Origin: Methanocaldococcus sp. 16A
GTDB lineage: Archaea > AGJL01 > Methanococci > Methanococcales > Methanocaldococcaceae
DNA: 64,000 bases
NCBI GenBank assembly: GCA_049860595.1
Contig: CP187551.1
Reading direction: 5' to 3' (one strand)
Shown here: positions 10,251 through 20,490 of the stretch, piece after piece
How positions within the stretch are numbered: position 1 is the first letter of the stretch
Layout: every line of letters starts with the position of its first letter
Translations under genes and position numbers: made by a program
Notes under the pieces: model-generated
Told to the model about the DNA's origin: nothing
What the model saw: only the letters and a program-made list of their open reading frames with translations
Database searches by the model: none

Positions 10251-11327
10251 ATGGTAAAAAAACTGCTTTTACTAATACTCGCTTTATTGGTTCCAGCAGT
10301 ATCAGCAACAAATGTTATATTAGTTAGTGACAACCAAGCAGATTACCTAACTGCTATGAATATCGCTTCATTATTTAACGATACAGAGGTTGTTGTAACT
10401 CCTTGGGGAATCTACAATGAGAGCGTAGTTGATGAGATATTGAAATTAAATCCTGAGCAAGTTATAATAATTGGAGGTCCTATGGCTGTTCCTGAAAAAT
10501 ATGTTGAAAAGTTAGAAAATCTTAGTATTGAAGTTGAAAGAGTTGCTGGTAAGGACAGATATGAGACCAATAAGGAAGTTATAGAAAAATTCAAAGAAAA
10601 ATTAAAAGAAAAGAAGAAAGTAGTTATTATCCATGGAAATTCTGGAGTTTTAGTGAATATTAGTGAAGATGCAATAGTTATATTAACAAATGGTGTAAAC
10701 TTAACAGTTAATGTAGATGAATTGGAGCCTGAAGAGGTTGAAGTTGTTGAAACTCCGGTAGTGAATTTAACAGGCATTGCAAAGAAATTAGAAAAGCATG
10801 GAGTTAAAGTAAAAGTAAATGTTGTTTCTGAACATGCATTAGAAAAAGTCTTGGAAAATAAAATAAAACAATTAAAATCAAAAATTGACGTCTTGAAAAA
10901 GCAAGGTGTAGATACTGAAGATTTAGAAGAAGAAATAAAAGAGCTTGAGGAAATGTTTAAAGAGAAAGATTATGATGACGCATATAAGTTAATGCTAAAG
11001 ATTGAAAATAAAGAAATGGTAAAAATAAAACTTAAATTACATGTAAAAGATGAGAATGAAAAATTAAAATTAGAAGTAAAGGTAAAGCACAAGAAGAAAG
11101 ATGAAGAAGATGGAAAAGAAATAGAAAATGAGACTGAAGTGGAGCATGAATACGAAAATGAAAGTAAATATGAATACGAATACAAGTATGAATATGAGTA
11201 TGGAAATGGAACTAATATTTATGAATCTGAAAGTGGAGAAGAACAAAATGTTGAGACAACAATTAGTAACACATTGGTAAATGAATCCATATTAAATAAT
11301 ACATTAAATACTACATTAGATAAATAA
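10251..11327 (+). CDS. secreted cell-wall-binding repeat 2 (CWB2)-like protein
   Basis: Signal peptide; IIGGPMAV and RVAGKDRYET motifs; acidic C-terminal tail. Confidence 0.8.
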   Translation: MVKKLLLLILALLVPAVSATNVILVSDNQADYLTAMNIASLFNDTEVVVTPWGIYNESVVDEILKLNPEQVIIIGGPMAVPEKYVEKLENLSIEVERVAGKDRYETNKEVIEKFKEKLKEKKKVVIIHGNSGVLVNISEDAIVILTNGVNLTVNVDELEPEEVEVVETPVVNLTGIAKKLEKHGVKVKVNVVSEHALEKVLENKIKQLKSKIDVLKKQGVDTEDLEEEIKELEEMFKEKDYDDAYKLMLKIENKEMVKIKLKLHVKDENEKLKLEVKVKHKKKDEEDGKEIENETEVEHEYENESKYEYEYKYEYEYGNGTNIYESESGEEQNVETTISNTLVNESILNNTLNTTLDK

Positions 11328-11385
11328 TTTACAAGAATTAGAAGAATATAGCGAGATAGAAATAAGTTAATAAATATAACATTAT

Positions 11386-12231
11386 TTAAATCAGAGGCTT
11401 TGGTTGATTATTATTTAACACAGGTAAATCTTCAATAGTTATTAGTACATTATCTAAATCTTTAGCTCTTTCCAATAAAATCTCTTTTCCAAAATCAGAT
11501 AGAGCAAATATTGGAATAGTTTTTCCTATTTGTGCTTTTATTTTGCCTTTCAATTTTTCTCTTAAAACCTTTGATGCACAGGCAGTTATTAAATCAAAGT
11601 ATTTGGCTATTTCTTCATTCTCTTCAATTCCTGTTGTATGAACTCCAAAGGTTAATATTTTTATTTCATCATTTTCTAATGACTTGCATCTCTTAGCATC
11701 TTCTAAGTTTGTTACAGTAACCGCTATCTTTTTATATCCCAGCTCAATAGCTTTTTTAACACCTTTAAATTGATTGATTTCAGCAGTTTTTTTATCTAAA
11801 ACAATACCTTCAGATTTTTCAATTCTCTCTATAACCTCTGGAATTGGTGATGTCTCTATTATTCCAGAAATTCTCCCACAAAGACCTTGAACTAATTTTG
11901 GATTTGCAGTTATAACAGTTCCAGCACAATCTGCTACTATAACAGCAACATCTATAGCTTTTCTTTTTAAAGCACTCATTAAAATCTCAGAAGCTCCAAA
12001 CGGAACTATATATTTGCTTTCTTCAACAATTCTATCCTTTGTGAATAATCCAAAGTCCTTTATCCTAAATTCTATATTTTCTTTTATGCTTTCTTTTGTT
12101 ATCTCCTTTATTCCCCTATGTTTAGCAAACAATGGGCAGTATTTTATTTCTGGTTCTGTAATTTCAACAACTTTTCCGTTTTCAACAATAACCTTCGCTT
12201 TTCCTAAAGCCTCCATTACATGCCTACTCAT
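11386..12231 (-). CDS. methanogenesis marker protein 8 (DUF2099)
   Basis: HVMEALG, YCPLF, FGASE, DCAGTV, GRISG, GVHTTG, TACASK. Confidence 0.85.
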   Translation of the reverse strand: MSRHVMEALGKAKVIVENGKVVEITEPEIKYCPLFAKHRGIKEITKESIKENIEFRIKDFGLFTKDRIVEESKYIVPFGASEILMSALKRKAIDVAVIVADCAGTVITANPKLVQGLCGRISGIIETSPIPEVIERIEKSEGIVLDKKTAEINQFKGVKKAIELGYKKIAVTVTNLEDAKRCKSLENDEIKILTFGVHTTGIEENEEIAKYFDLITACASKVLREKLKGKIKAQIGKTIPIFALSDFGKEILLERAKDLDNVLITIEDLPVLNNNQPKPLI

Positions 12232-12297
12232 CTATATCCCTCTTACTAAAGATTTAAATCTAAGGATAAAACTTAAGAAAAAATAAAAATAAATGTT

Positions 12298-12981
12298 TTA
12301 TTCTTTTAGATATTTTTCTAAGTAGTAATTAATTATCTCCTCTCCACTTAGATAAACTAAGTTATGTTTCTCAGCATATCTTTTTGTTTCATTTTTACTC
12401 ATAGCTTCTCCATCATCACCCATCATTTCACATATTGTAGTAATAGGCACTAAATTAGCCATCTCTGCCAAAGCTACTGTCATCTCAGTATGTCCCTGCC
12501 TATTTTTAACTAAACCTTCAGCAGCTCTTAATAAAGTTACATGCCCCGGACTTCTAAATTCCTTTCCAAAATCATTAAATCTTCCTTCTTTAACCAATTC
12601 AGCTAATTTTTTTATAGTAAATGCTCTATCATTGTCTGTAATTCCCGTAAATGTCTTTCTGTGGTTTATTGTTATTGAAAATGATGATTTCTCATCGTAA
12701 GGGATGTCGTTTGGATAAAGTTCTTTTAGAACTTTAAACTTTTGAGACGCAAATTCTAATATATCAACCATAAATGGAATGCCTAATTTATTGCATATAT
12801 CTGGATGAATAGCTGTGCAAATCAATCCTCCAGCATCTTTTCTCATTGTCCTTATATGTTGTGGTGTAATAAATTGAGAAGCAACAACCATATCTGTCTC
12901 TCCCTCTCTGTCATCTGAGTCATAAACTAAAATAATTTCCCCTCTTTTTAATGCTTCTATAGCTTTTTCTATATTATTCAT
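12298..12981 (-). CDS. ribB: 3,4-dihydroxy-2-butanone 4-phosphate synthase
   Basis: [33 protein letters not shown]. Confidence 0.96.
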   Translation of the reverse strand: MNNIEKAIEALKRGEIILVYDSDDREGETDMVVASQFITPQHIRTMRKDAGGLICTAIHPDICNKLGIPFMVDILEFASQKFKVLKELYPNDIPYDEKSSFSITINHRKTFTGITDNDRAFTIKKLAELVKEGRFNDFGKEFRSPGHVTLLRAAEGLVKNRQGHTEMTVALAEMANLVPITTICEMMGDDGEAMSKNETKRYAEKHNLVYLSGEEIINYYLEKYLKE

Positions 12982-13384
12982 CTTTATCTCCCTTAATTAG
13001 TATTTTTATAACATCTCCATCTTTTAAATTATATTGCTCCCTAAGTTTTATTGGAGCAACTATCTCTATAATGTCACTACTATGATATGTTTTTTTTGGC
13101 AATACAATAGCCCCATCTATTTCTTTATTATTTATTAATATTTTTATTGGTAAAATTCTGACTCCAAAATATTTTTTGCCATTAAATTCAAAATCCTCTG
13201 TTTCAATATATTTAAATTTATTTATATCAAATTCTTTATTTAGCTTTAAATTTAACGTCCCTTCATAAGGTTCAAAGCCAAGAATATTTTTAAATGCCTC
13301 TTTATAAGGTGGAAGAGATAAGAAATATCTTCCTTCTCCACGTCCAGAAACTATACTACCTTCAATAATCATTAATTTCACCAA
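12974..13384 (-). CDS. ribK: CTP-dependent riboflavin kinase
   Basis: [23 protein letters not shown]; overlaps ribB start. Confidence 0.94.
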   Translation of the reverse strand: MVKLMIIEGSIVSGRGEGRYFLSLPPYKEAFKNILGFEPYEGTLNLKLNKEFDINKFKYIETEDFEFNGKKYFGVRILPIKILINNKEIDGAIVLPKKTYHSSDIIEIVAPIKLREQYNLKDGDVIKILIKGDKDE

Positions 13385-13392
13385 AAAAATAA

Positions 13393-14682
13393 TTAATGAT
13401 GATACATCTCTTCTTTGTATTTTGGTTTATACTCTCCTAACAGTTTTAATGCTAAAATTCTAGCCCATGAAGCTTCCAATATAACACTCAACAATATAGT
13501 TATAAATGTTCCAATAATTATTGTTCCTGCAATGTCTGATGGTGAAATATACTTTGTTATTGATGATGGAATCTTATCAGCATTCTTTAGAATCTCTATA
13601 CCAACAGTAACTGCTAAAGCAGCTGGAACTACTCCTCTTGGTCCTTCTAAAGCGAAATATAACTTTTCTTTAAATGAGTGTTTTGATTTTGCCAATCCAA
13701 TAAAGACTCCGAGAGGTCTTGCTAAGAATATAGAACCAAGAGCTACTAACAAGCCTGGAACAAAATAGCTTTGTAACATGCTCAACTTTATACATGCTCC
13801 TAAAAACACGAATATAAAGATTCTTGCTAATAAGGATAAATCGTCACAGAATCTAACGACATACTCATAATTCTCATGTTTCTCAGCCATTTTAAATAGT
13901 GCGTCTCCCAAACATAAAGCCATTATTGCAATAGCCATATAGCCGCTAAATCCATAGCCAAAAATACTTGGTAATAGGTCATCTCCAACATACAAAGTAA
14001 GCATAGCTCCTCCAAGAACTAATGGAGCTACATATTCATGAAATTCACAATGCACAATTATTTTTTCATATATTTTAGCCAATAATACTCCAACAAAAAC
14101 AGCACCTCCAGCAAGTGCTATTAAATCAATTGCAGGATTTGTTGAGGATGACAAACCAATTAATCCCAAAACAACACTTGTCGAGACAATACCTAATGGG
14201 TCGTTAAAAATACTTTCAGCTTCTAACGTTATAGCAACTTCTGGGTTGGTTTTAACCCTCGAAAACACTGGGATTAAGGTAGCAGGGTCTGTTGCTGAAG
14301 TTATTGCTCCGAATAAATACCCAATCGGACAAGTGTATGGTAGATTTAAAACTATATTAAAAACAAGTCCTGAAACAAATAAAGCAACTAAGAATGTTAT
14401 TGTATCTAATCTTATAACCGTCTTTATAACTCTTCTAAGTAATGAAATTCTCATTGTAAATGCTCCGCCTAATAAAATAAATATTAGCCCTATAGGCCCA
14501 GCATATTCAAAAATCTTCATCGCTGATTCTGATGGAATTATCTGTAAAAAAGGACCTATGATTAAACCCAACAACAATAATAATGGGATGTCTGGGATTT
14601 TTAACTTTTCTGCGATTTTTGCTACTAAAGAACCGAGAACTAAAGCTAACCCAAGATAACCAATAGCTATCATAAGCTCCAT
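13393..14682 (-). CDS. nhaP: Na+/H+ antiporter, CPA1 (NhaP1-like)
   Basis: ATDPAT, ESIFNDP, GPRGVV; polytopic membrane protein. Confidence 0.93.
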   Translation of the reverse strand: MELMIAIGYLGLALVLGSLVAKIAEKLKIPDIPLLLLLGLIIGPFLQIIPSESAMKIFEYAGPIGLIFILLGGAFTMRISLLRRVIKTVIRLDTITFLVALFVSGLVFNIVLNLPYTCPIGYLFGAITSATDPATLIPVFSRVKTNPEVAITLEAESIFNDPLGIVSTSVVLGLIGLSSSTNPAIDLIALAGGAVFVGVLLAKIYEKIIVHCEFHEYVAPLVLGGAMLTLYVGDDLLPSIFGYGFSGYMAIAIMALCLGDALFKMAEKHENYEYVVRFCDDLSLLARIFIFVFLGACIKLSMLQSYFVPGLLVALGSIFLARPLGVFIGLAKSKHSFKEKLYFALEGPRGVVPAALAVTVGIEILKNADKIPSSITKYISPSDIAGTIIIGTFITILLSVILEASWARILALKLLGEYKPKYKEEMYHH

Positions 14683-14857
14683 GTTCTCACAAATATAAAG
14701 TATTGTGTTTAAATTTGTTAATTTGTTATTTTGACCTGAATATCTAAAATCTAAAAATCATATAAATATTTTATTGAAGGAAATCGGTTAGCAATTAAAA
14801 AAATTAATAAGTAAATAAAATAATTTTAAGAAATAATTAATAATAATATTAGAGAAT

Positions 14858-16009
14858 TTATTCTTCAGAATATGCAGTAGTTTGCAATATCGCAGTATCC
14901 AAACCTGTTTTTTCCTCTTCTTTACTAACTCTTAAACCAATTGTTAAATCTAATCCTTTATAAATAATTAACCCTCCAATAATTGCAATTAATGATATAA
15001 CAACAGCACCAATTAATTGCCCAACAAATGAGACTTCAGCACCTTTCTTTAATAAGAATGGAATTCCAGCACATATTACTCCAATTAAACCACTCATAGC
15101 ATGAACTGGACCTATAGCACAAACATCATCAATCTTTAACTTCTCTTCAATAAACTTATATGTGAATGGTTGCTGAATTCCAGCCAACAAACCTACTATA
15201 AATGCTCCAATTGGTGTAAATAAATCTACTCCACTACAAACAGCTACTAAACCAGCACACATACCGTTAGCTGTGTAAAGAGGATCGTTTCTTGAACTTA
15301 AAGCCCCTCCTATAATACCTCCAGCTAAAGCCATTGTTGTTGCTAAAGCCACACTCGCCAACTCAACACCATTTGCTATGCCTGAAGCACTACCAATGTT
15401 AAATCCATACCATCCAAATGCCAAAATAAATGCCCCTAAAACAGCTATTGGTATATTGTGACCAGGAATTGCCTGTGGTTTTCCATTAACATATTTATCT
15501 AATCTTGGACCTAAAACATAAGCAGCCATTAAACCAACTAAACCTCCAAATAAATGAACTGCTCCACTTCCAGCATAGTCGTGGAAGTTTATTCCTAAAT
15601 TAGCAAAACCTCCGCCCCAAACCAAATGCTCAACAATTGGATACAAAATACCTCCTACAATTAAAGCCCCTACGAAGTATGGAAGGATTCTTATTCTCTC
15701 AGCAACTCCTCCTGTTATAATTGTTACAGCTGCAGCTGCGAACATAACCATTTTCATAAACCATGCTCCCAAATCAGCATCAAAGTTTCCAGTTATCAAA
15801 GGCATTATATTTTCCAAACCATAAGCAATACCGTAACCAATAAAGAGATAAGCGATAAACACAGCTGCCAAATCTAACAACTTTAAAACACAATGATAAG
15901 CAACATTTTTAGCTCTAAACTGTCCAATCTCTAACGCAATAAACCCTGCTTTCATAAAGAATATTAACGATGCTGCCCACAAGAAGAAAAACACATCAAC
16001 GCCTTCCAT
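14858..16009 (-). CDS. amt: ammonium transporter Amt
   Basis: DYAGSGAVH, FGWYGFN, IDDVCAIGPVH; divergent from glnK. Confidence 0.96.
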   Translation of the reverse strand: MEGVDVFFFLWAASLIFFMKAGFIALEIGQFRAKNVAYHCVLKLLDLAAVFIAYLFIGYGIAYGLENIMPLITGNFDADLGAWFMKMVMFAAAAVTIITGGVAERIRILPYFVGALIVGGILYPIVEHLVWGGGFANLGINFHDYAGSGAVHLFGGLVGLMAAYVLGPRLDKYVNGKPQAIPGHNIPIAVLGAFILAFGWYGFNIGSASGIANGVELASVALATTMALAGGIIGGALSSRNDPLYTANGMCAGLVAVCSGVDLFTPIGAFIVGLLAGIQQPFTYKFIEEKLKIDDVCAIGPVHAMSGLIGVICAGIPFLLKKGAEVSFVGQLIGAVVISLIAIIGGLIIYKGLDLTIGLRVSKEEEKTGLDTAILQTTAYSEE

Positions 16010-16129
16010 TATACCACCTCAAAGATTTATAGGAATTGTTCTACCGACTACCCCTTTTCCTAATTCCTCTTAATGAAAAGAATTAGTTAAATATTTTACT
16101 AAGGAAGGAAATTTCTTTCTTCTTTTTTA

Positions 16130-16143
16130 GGAATTAGGTTTCC
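16130..16143. promoter_or_regulatory. NrpR nitrogen operator
   Basis: Perfect GGAA-N6-TTCC between amt and glnK; near matches at 16032-16045 and 16103-16116. Confidence 0.8.
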
Positions 16144-16183
16144 TAATTCCTTTTAGATAAAAATAAAAATAATTAATAGCTAA

Positions 16184-16564
<381 letters not shown>

Positions 16565-16569
16565 ATATT

Positions 16570-16661
16570 TAGGACTTTTGCAGGAATAAATGTTCTAATT
16601 GGATATAGATGCCTTTGACATCTAAGTTCCTTGTTAAATATATTAAATTGCGAAAGTTCTA
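16570..16661. mobile_element. family A MITE-like palindromic element
   Basis: TIRs TAGGACTTTTGCAG / TTGCGAAAGTTCTA; central AGATGCC-TTT-GACATCT. Confidence 0.8.
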
Positions 16662-16750
16662 GATATAAAACCTACAATTTCTTTTTTAAAATTTTTTAAA
16701 CATAGAAAACTATTTTAAGTTATCAACATTTAATTTTATTTATTTTTAAA

Positions 16751-16845
16751 TAAGACTTTTGCAAGAATAAATGTAATAATGAATTTTAATATCTTTTAGG
16801 CTTCATAATCCCAAATAGTAAATATATAAAACTGCAAAAGTTCTA
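16751..16845. mobile_element. family A MITE-like palindromic element
   Basis: TIRs TAAGACTTTTGCAA / CTGCAAAAGTTCTA; subterminal ATATATAAA. Confidence 0.75.
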
Positions 16846-16884
16846 TATTATTTTAAGCATAATCTACGGTATTTTGGTGATAAT

Positions 16885-17643
16885 GTGATTGGCATAATAG
16901 GCGGGACAGGAATTGCAGGCATATTAAAAGGAGATAAAGAGGAAGTTATTGATACAAAATATGGAAAGGCAAAGGTTATGATTGATAAAGAAAATGACGT
17001 AGTTTTATTATTTAGGCATGGAGTAAGGCATAACATTCCTCCACATAAAATAAATTATAGAGCCAATATTTATGCATTAAAAAAATTAGGTGTTGAGAGA
17101 ATATTGGCAATAAATTCAGTTGGTTCATTAAAAGAAAATTTAAAGCCAGGAATGTTTTTCATTCCAAACGATTTTATTGAATTTACAAAAAAGAGAGAAG
17201 AAACTTTTTACGATGAAGGAAAGGTAGTCCATATAGATATGACAGAGCCATATTGTCCAGATTTGAGAAATGTCCTAAAATCTATATTAGATAAGAATAA
17301 CTTTACTTATGGAGAAGGCGTTTATGTTTGCACGGAGGGGCCGAGATTTGAAACAAAAAAAGAGATTGAGATATATAAATACTGGGGAGATGTTGTAGGG
17401 ATGACAGGTTATCCAGAAGTTGTCTTAGCGAGAGAATTAGAAATGTGTTATGTATCTTTATGTAATATAACAAACTATGCATGTGGAATATCAAAGAATA
17501 TTTTAACTGTTGATGAAGTTTTAGAGGCAATAAAAGAAATGGAAGATAAAATTTTAAAGGTTGTTGAAGAGTTCATAAATTATGATTTTGGAGAAAGAAA
17601 GTGTATTTGTAAAGATGCTTTAAAACATGCAGTCATAGGATAA
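16885..17643 (+). CDS. mtnP: methylthioinosine/methylthioadenosine phosphorylase (MTAP family)
   Basis: IGIIGGTG, RHG..HNIPPH, NYRANI, EGPRFET, VGMT..PE. Confidence 0.92.
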   Translation: MIGIIGGTGIAGILKGDKEEVIDTKYGKAKVMIDKENDVVLLFRHGVRHNIPPHKINYRANIYALKKLGVERILAINSVGSLKENLKPGMFFIPNDFIEFTKKREETFYDEGKVVHIDMTEPYCPDLRNVLKSILDKNNFTYGEGVYVCTEGPRFETKKEIEIYKYWGDVVGMTGYPEVVLARELEMCYVSLCNITNYACGISKNILTVDEVLEAIKEMEDKILKVVEEFINYDFGERKCICKDALKHAVIG

Positions 17644-17660
17644 TAATTTTTGGTGATAAT

Positions 17661-17921
17661 TTGCTATCTAAAATTTTAAGTATTTTTAAAAGAAGGAATA
17701 ATAAAAAAGATGCTAAAAAATCTATAGGTAGTAAGTCTTATAAAATCATTGAAATTGATTATATTAAATGTAAAAATTGTTTATCATGTTATAGAGCATG
17801 TAAGAATAATGTCTTTGACATTGAAAATAGTAGAATTGTTGTAAAAAATGAAAAGAATTGTACAAAGTGTGGGGATTGTGTAAAGTCTTGTAGATATGGA
17901 GCTATAATACTTTATGAATAA
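17661..17921 (+). CDS. 2[4Fe-4S] ferredoxin-like protein
   Basis: Two CxxCxxCxxxC motifs; TTG start after GGTGAT. Confidence 0.88.
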   Translation: MLSKILSIFKRRNNKKDAKKSIGSKSYKIIEIDYIKCKNCLSCYRACKNNVFDIENSRIVVKNEKNCTKCGDCVKSCRYGAIILYE

Positions 17922-17946
17922 AGTTTATGTTAAAAAGGGAGATACA

Positions 17947-18573
17947 ATGAAATTAAAAAATAAAATAATAAGAATTTATGAACTTGATGAGAAGGAAAGG
18001 GAAAATATATTAAATTTTTTAAAAGAAGAGTTATTAAATGGAAAAATTATTATCTGTGGGACTGATACATTATATGGTATTTCAGCAAATGCTTTAGATG
18101 AAAATGCCGTAAAAAAAGTTTATGAAATAAAGAAAAGAGATTTCAATAAGCCTTTATCAATATGTGTTAAAGATAAGAAAGAGATTGAAAAATACGCTTA
18201 TGTAAATGAGTTAGCTAAAAAAATTATTGATAAATTTCTTCCAGGTCCTTTAACGATAATTTTAAAGAAAAAACCATTAATTCCAGACATTGTAGCTAAA
18301 GATTACATTGGCTTGAGAATTCCAGATGAGCCGATTATTAGAGAGCTATCTATAGTGCCATTAACAACAACATCAGCAAATATATCTGGAAAAGAAAGCC
18401 CTACCTCTGTAGATGAGATAGATGGGGAAGTATTAAAAAAAGTAGATTATATAGTAGATACAGGTAAATGCAAATATTCAAAACCATCTACAATTATTAA
18501 AATAGAAGATAATAAAATAATACCAATTAGGGAGGGGGTTATCCCTATTTCAAAAATTAGTGAAGAATTATAA
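17947..18573 (+). CDS. tsaC: L-threonylcarbamoyladenylate synthase (TsaC/Sua5/YrdC)
   Basis: TDTLYG, KKR...KPL, PGPLT, TSANISG, PSTII. Confidence 0.93.
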   Translation: MKLKNKIIRIYELDEKERENILNFLKEELLNGKIIICGTDTLYGISANALDENAVKKVYEIKKRDFNKPLSICVKDKKEIEKYAYVNELAKKIIDKFLPGPLTIILKKKPLIPDIVAKDYIGLRIPDEPIIRELSIVPLTTTSANISGKESPTSVDEIDGEVLKKVDYIVDTGKCKYSKPSTIIKIEDNKIIPIREGVIPISKISEEL

Positions 18574-18590
18574 CTTTGATGGAAATCTGA

Positions 18591-18613
18591 TAGAACTTTG
18601 CAGTTTTATATAT
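18591..18613. repeat. partial family A element (single end)
   Basis: TAGAACTTTGCAGTTTTATATAT. Confidence 0.5.
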
Positions 18614-18732
18614 CATACACTTCTTAATTTAATATTTAATTATGTACTACATATAGAAAAATAAAATTAAAATTATAATCTTAAAATCTATTGGTGTGGG
18701 GTTTTTGTTTGGTCAGTTTTTGGGTGATTAAA

Positions 18733-19296
18733 ATGAAAAACGATAAACAGACAGATTGGATAAACAAACTAATAGAAGAACTTGATAAAAGCTCTTCAAA
18801 CGTTTTAAAAACTGAAATTATATTAGATGAAATTATAACAAAACTTAATAATTTAATTTCTGAAATTAACAACTATATTGCTGAAATTCATTACGGACTA
18901 AAAATAACAAATGAAAAAATCAATGTATCTATCTCAGAATTAGAGGAATTAGAAAAGAAACTGGAAGAATATTTGGATTTTACCGAAAGTATGAAAGAAT
19001 CTTTTGAAAATACATACAATGCAATAATTACTGCTAAAAATGAAATGAAGGATATAAAACAGTCTTTAGAAGAATATTCACTTAAAATGAATAGCAAACA
19101 TAGTATTATTGAAGATGCCATAAGAAATCATAGTAAAAAGATTGAAAGTTTAAATAATAGTATTAAATCACTATCAAAAACTCAAGAATCCATTATTAGC
19201 TCATTAAATTCTACTAAAACTCTACTCTATATAACAATCGCATTAACTGTTGTAAACTTTATAATCTCACTAAAAGCTTCTGGAATTATTGGCTAA
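18733..19296 (+). CDS. coiled-coil protein with C-terminal membrane anchor
   Basis: Heptad-rich helical sequence, single hydrophobic C-terminal helix; ATG after GGTGAT. Confidence 0.8.
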   Translation: MKNDKQTDWINKLIEELDKSSSNVLKTEIILDEIITKLNNLISEINNYIAEIHYGLKITNEKINVSISELEELEKKLEEYLDFTESMKESFENTYNAIITAKNEMKDIKQSLEEYSLKMNSKHSIIEDAIRNHSKKIESLNNSIKSLSKTQESIISSLNSTKTLLYITIALTVVNFIISLKASGIIG

Positions 19297-19305
19297 ATTT
19301 AAATT

Positions 19306-20397
19306 TTAATAAACAAATTCTTCATAATGAATATTATTATTGTTAAATATTTTCTTAACCTCTTCTAAAAGCTCTTTATAACAATATTTTTTGTTAAGAT
19401 TTAGATTTTTCTTTAAGATTTCCCCAGCGTCATCATCTCTCATGTTTTTAATTAAAAATATCACAGAACCTTTTAATATAACAGGATTCTTTAATATATT
19501 GTCTCTATCACCATCTGTTATGCCCAAAATTTTTATACCAAATCTTGCTAAAATATCTCCACAAATTGTTGTAGTGTCATCTCCAATTGTTATTACTGCT
19601 AAAACATCCTTATTTTTAACCATTTCAATAACATCCTCTCCAGCATGATTAACAATCAATACATAGCCTTTATCAATCTCTTTATTCTTAATTTTTGGAT
19701 TTGTTGGATGCCGTCTCAAAATTCCTGTTTTTATTACAGCTTTTTTTAAATCAATATTCGTTAATTTTTCAACTCCTCCTTTTTTTAACTCTCCTCCAAT
19801 AATATCAACTATCTTCCCATTCTCAGCAACTAAAATAACCTCACTACTTTTAGCTTTTCCAACAACAATACCGTTAACCAATATTGCCTCACCAACATCA
19901 ACACCATGAACTTTCCTAAATATTTTTCCATTTTCTTCCCAAACCTCTAAGCCATTACTTATACATCTCTCAATCTTTAAATTTAATTCTTTTGATAAAT
20001 AGTTAGCAATATCTTCAACAACTTTTGAACCATCATAATTCCAAATAATTATAGTTCCATCCTTTTCTCCAGGCCTCTCAATCTGAATTATTGGTTTATT
20101 TAAATTAGCCCTTTCAACAACAATCTTTCCAAATGTATGCCCTGTAATCTTTGATTTTCCATAGTTAGCTAAAATTAATATATCATTATCTGCCAATTTT
20201 TTTAATGATTGGGAAGGCATCAATTTTTCTGAGATGTCAATAATATCTTGTAAGTTGTTGTCTATAACCGCCACTCTCCCCATAGTGCCTCCTAATTTAG
20301 CTTTAACTTCTCCAAATTTTTTTAATAAATTTATTATTTTTAATGCATATCCACTATCCACAATTTCAGGACCGTGAATGACAACACCAATCTTCAT
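19306..20397 (-). CDS. DUF2117 family protein
   Basis: HGPEIVDSG, GGTMGR, IQIERP, IGDDTT, GITDGD. Confidence 0.85.
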   Translation of the reverse strand: MKIGVVIHGPEIVDSGYALKIINLLKKFGEVKAKLGGTMGRVAVIDNNLQDIIDISEKLMPSQSLKKLADNDILILANYGKSKITGHTFGKIVVERANLNKPIIQIERPGEKDGTIIIWNYDGSKVVEDIANYLSKELNLKIERCISNGLEVWEENGKIFRKVHGVDVGEAILVNGIVVGKAKSSEVILVAENGKIVDIIGGELKKGGVEKLTNIDLKKAVIKTGILRRHPTNPKIKNKEIDKGYVLIVNHAGEDVIEMVKNKDVLAVITIGDDTTTICGDILARFGIKILGITDGDRDNILKNPVILKGSVIFLIKNMRDDDAGEILKKNLNLNKKYCYKELLEEVKKIFNNNNIHYEEFVY

Positions 20398-20422
20398 CTA
20401 CTCCACCAATTTCTTTCTATAG

Positions 20423-20490
20423 TAGGACTTTCACAGGAATAAATGTTTTAAGGCCATCTAATTTCCATGAAAGATATATAAACTGCCCTA
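20423..20490. mobile_element. internally deleted family A element
   Basis: TAGGACTTTCACAGGAATAAAT...ATATATAAACTGCCCTA. Confidence 0.65.
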
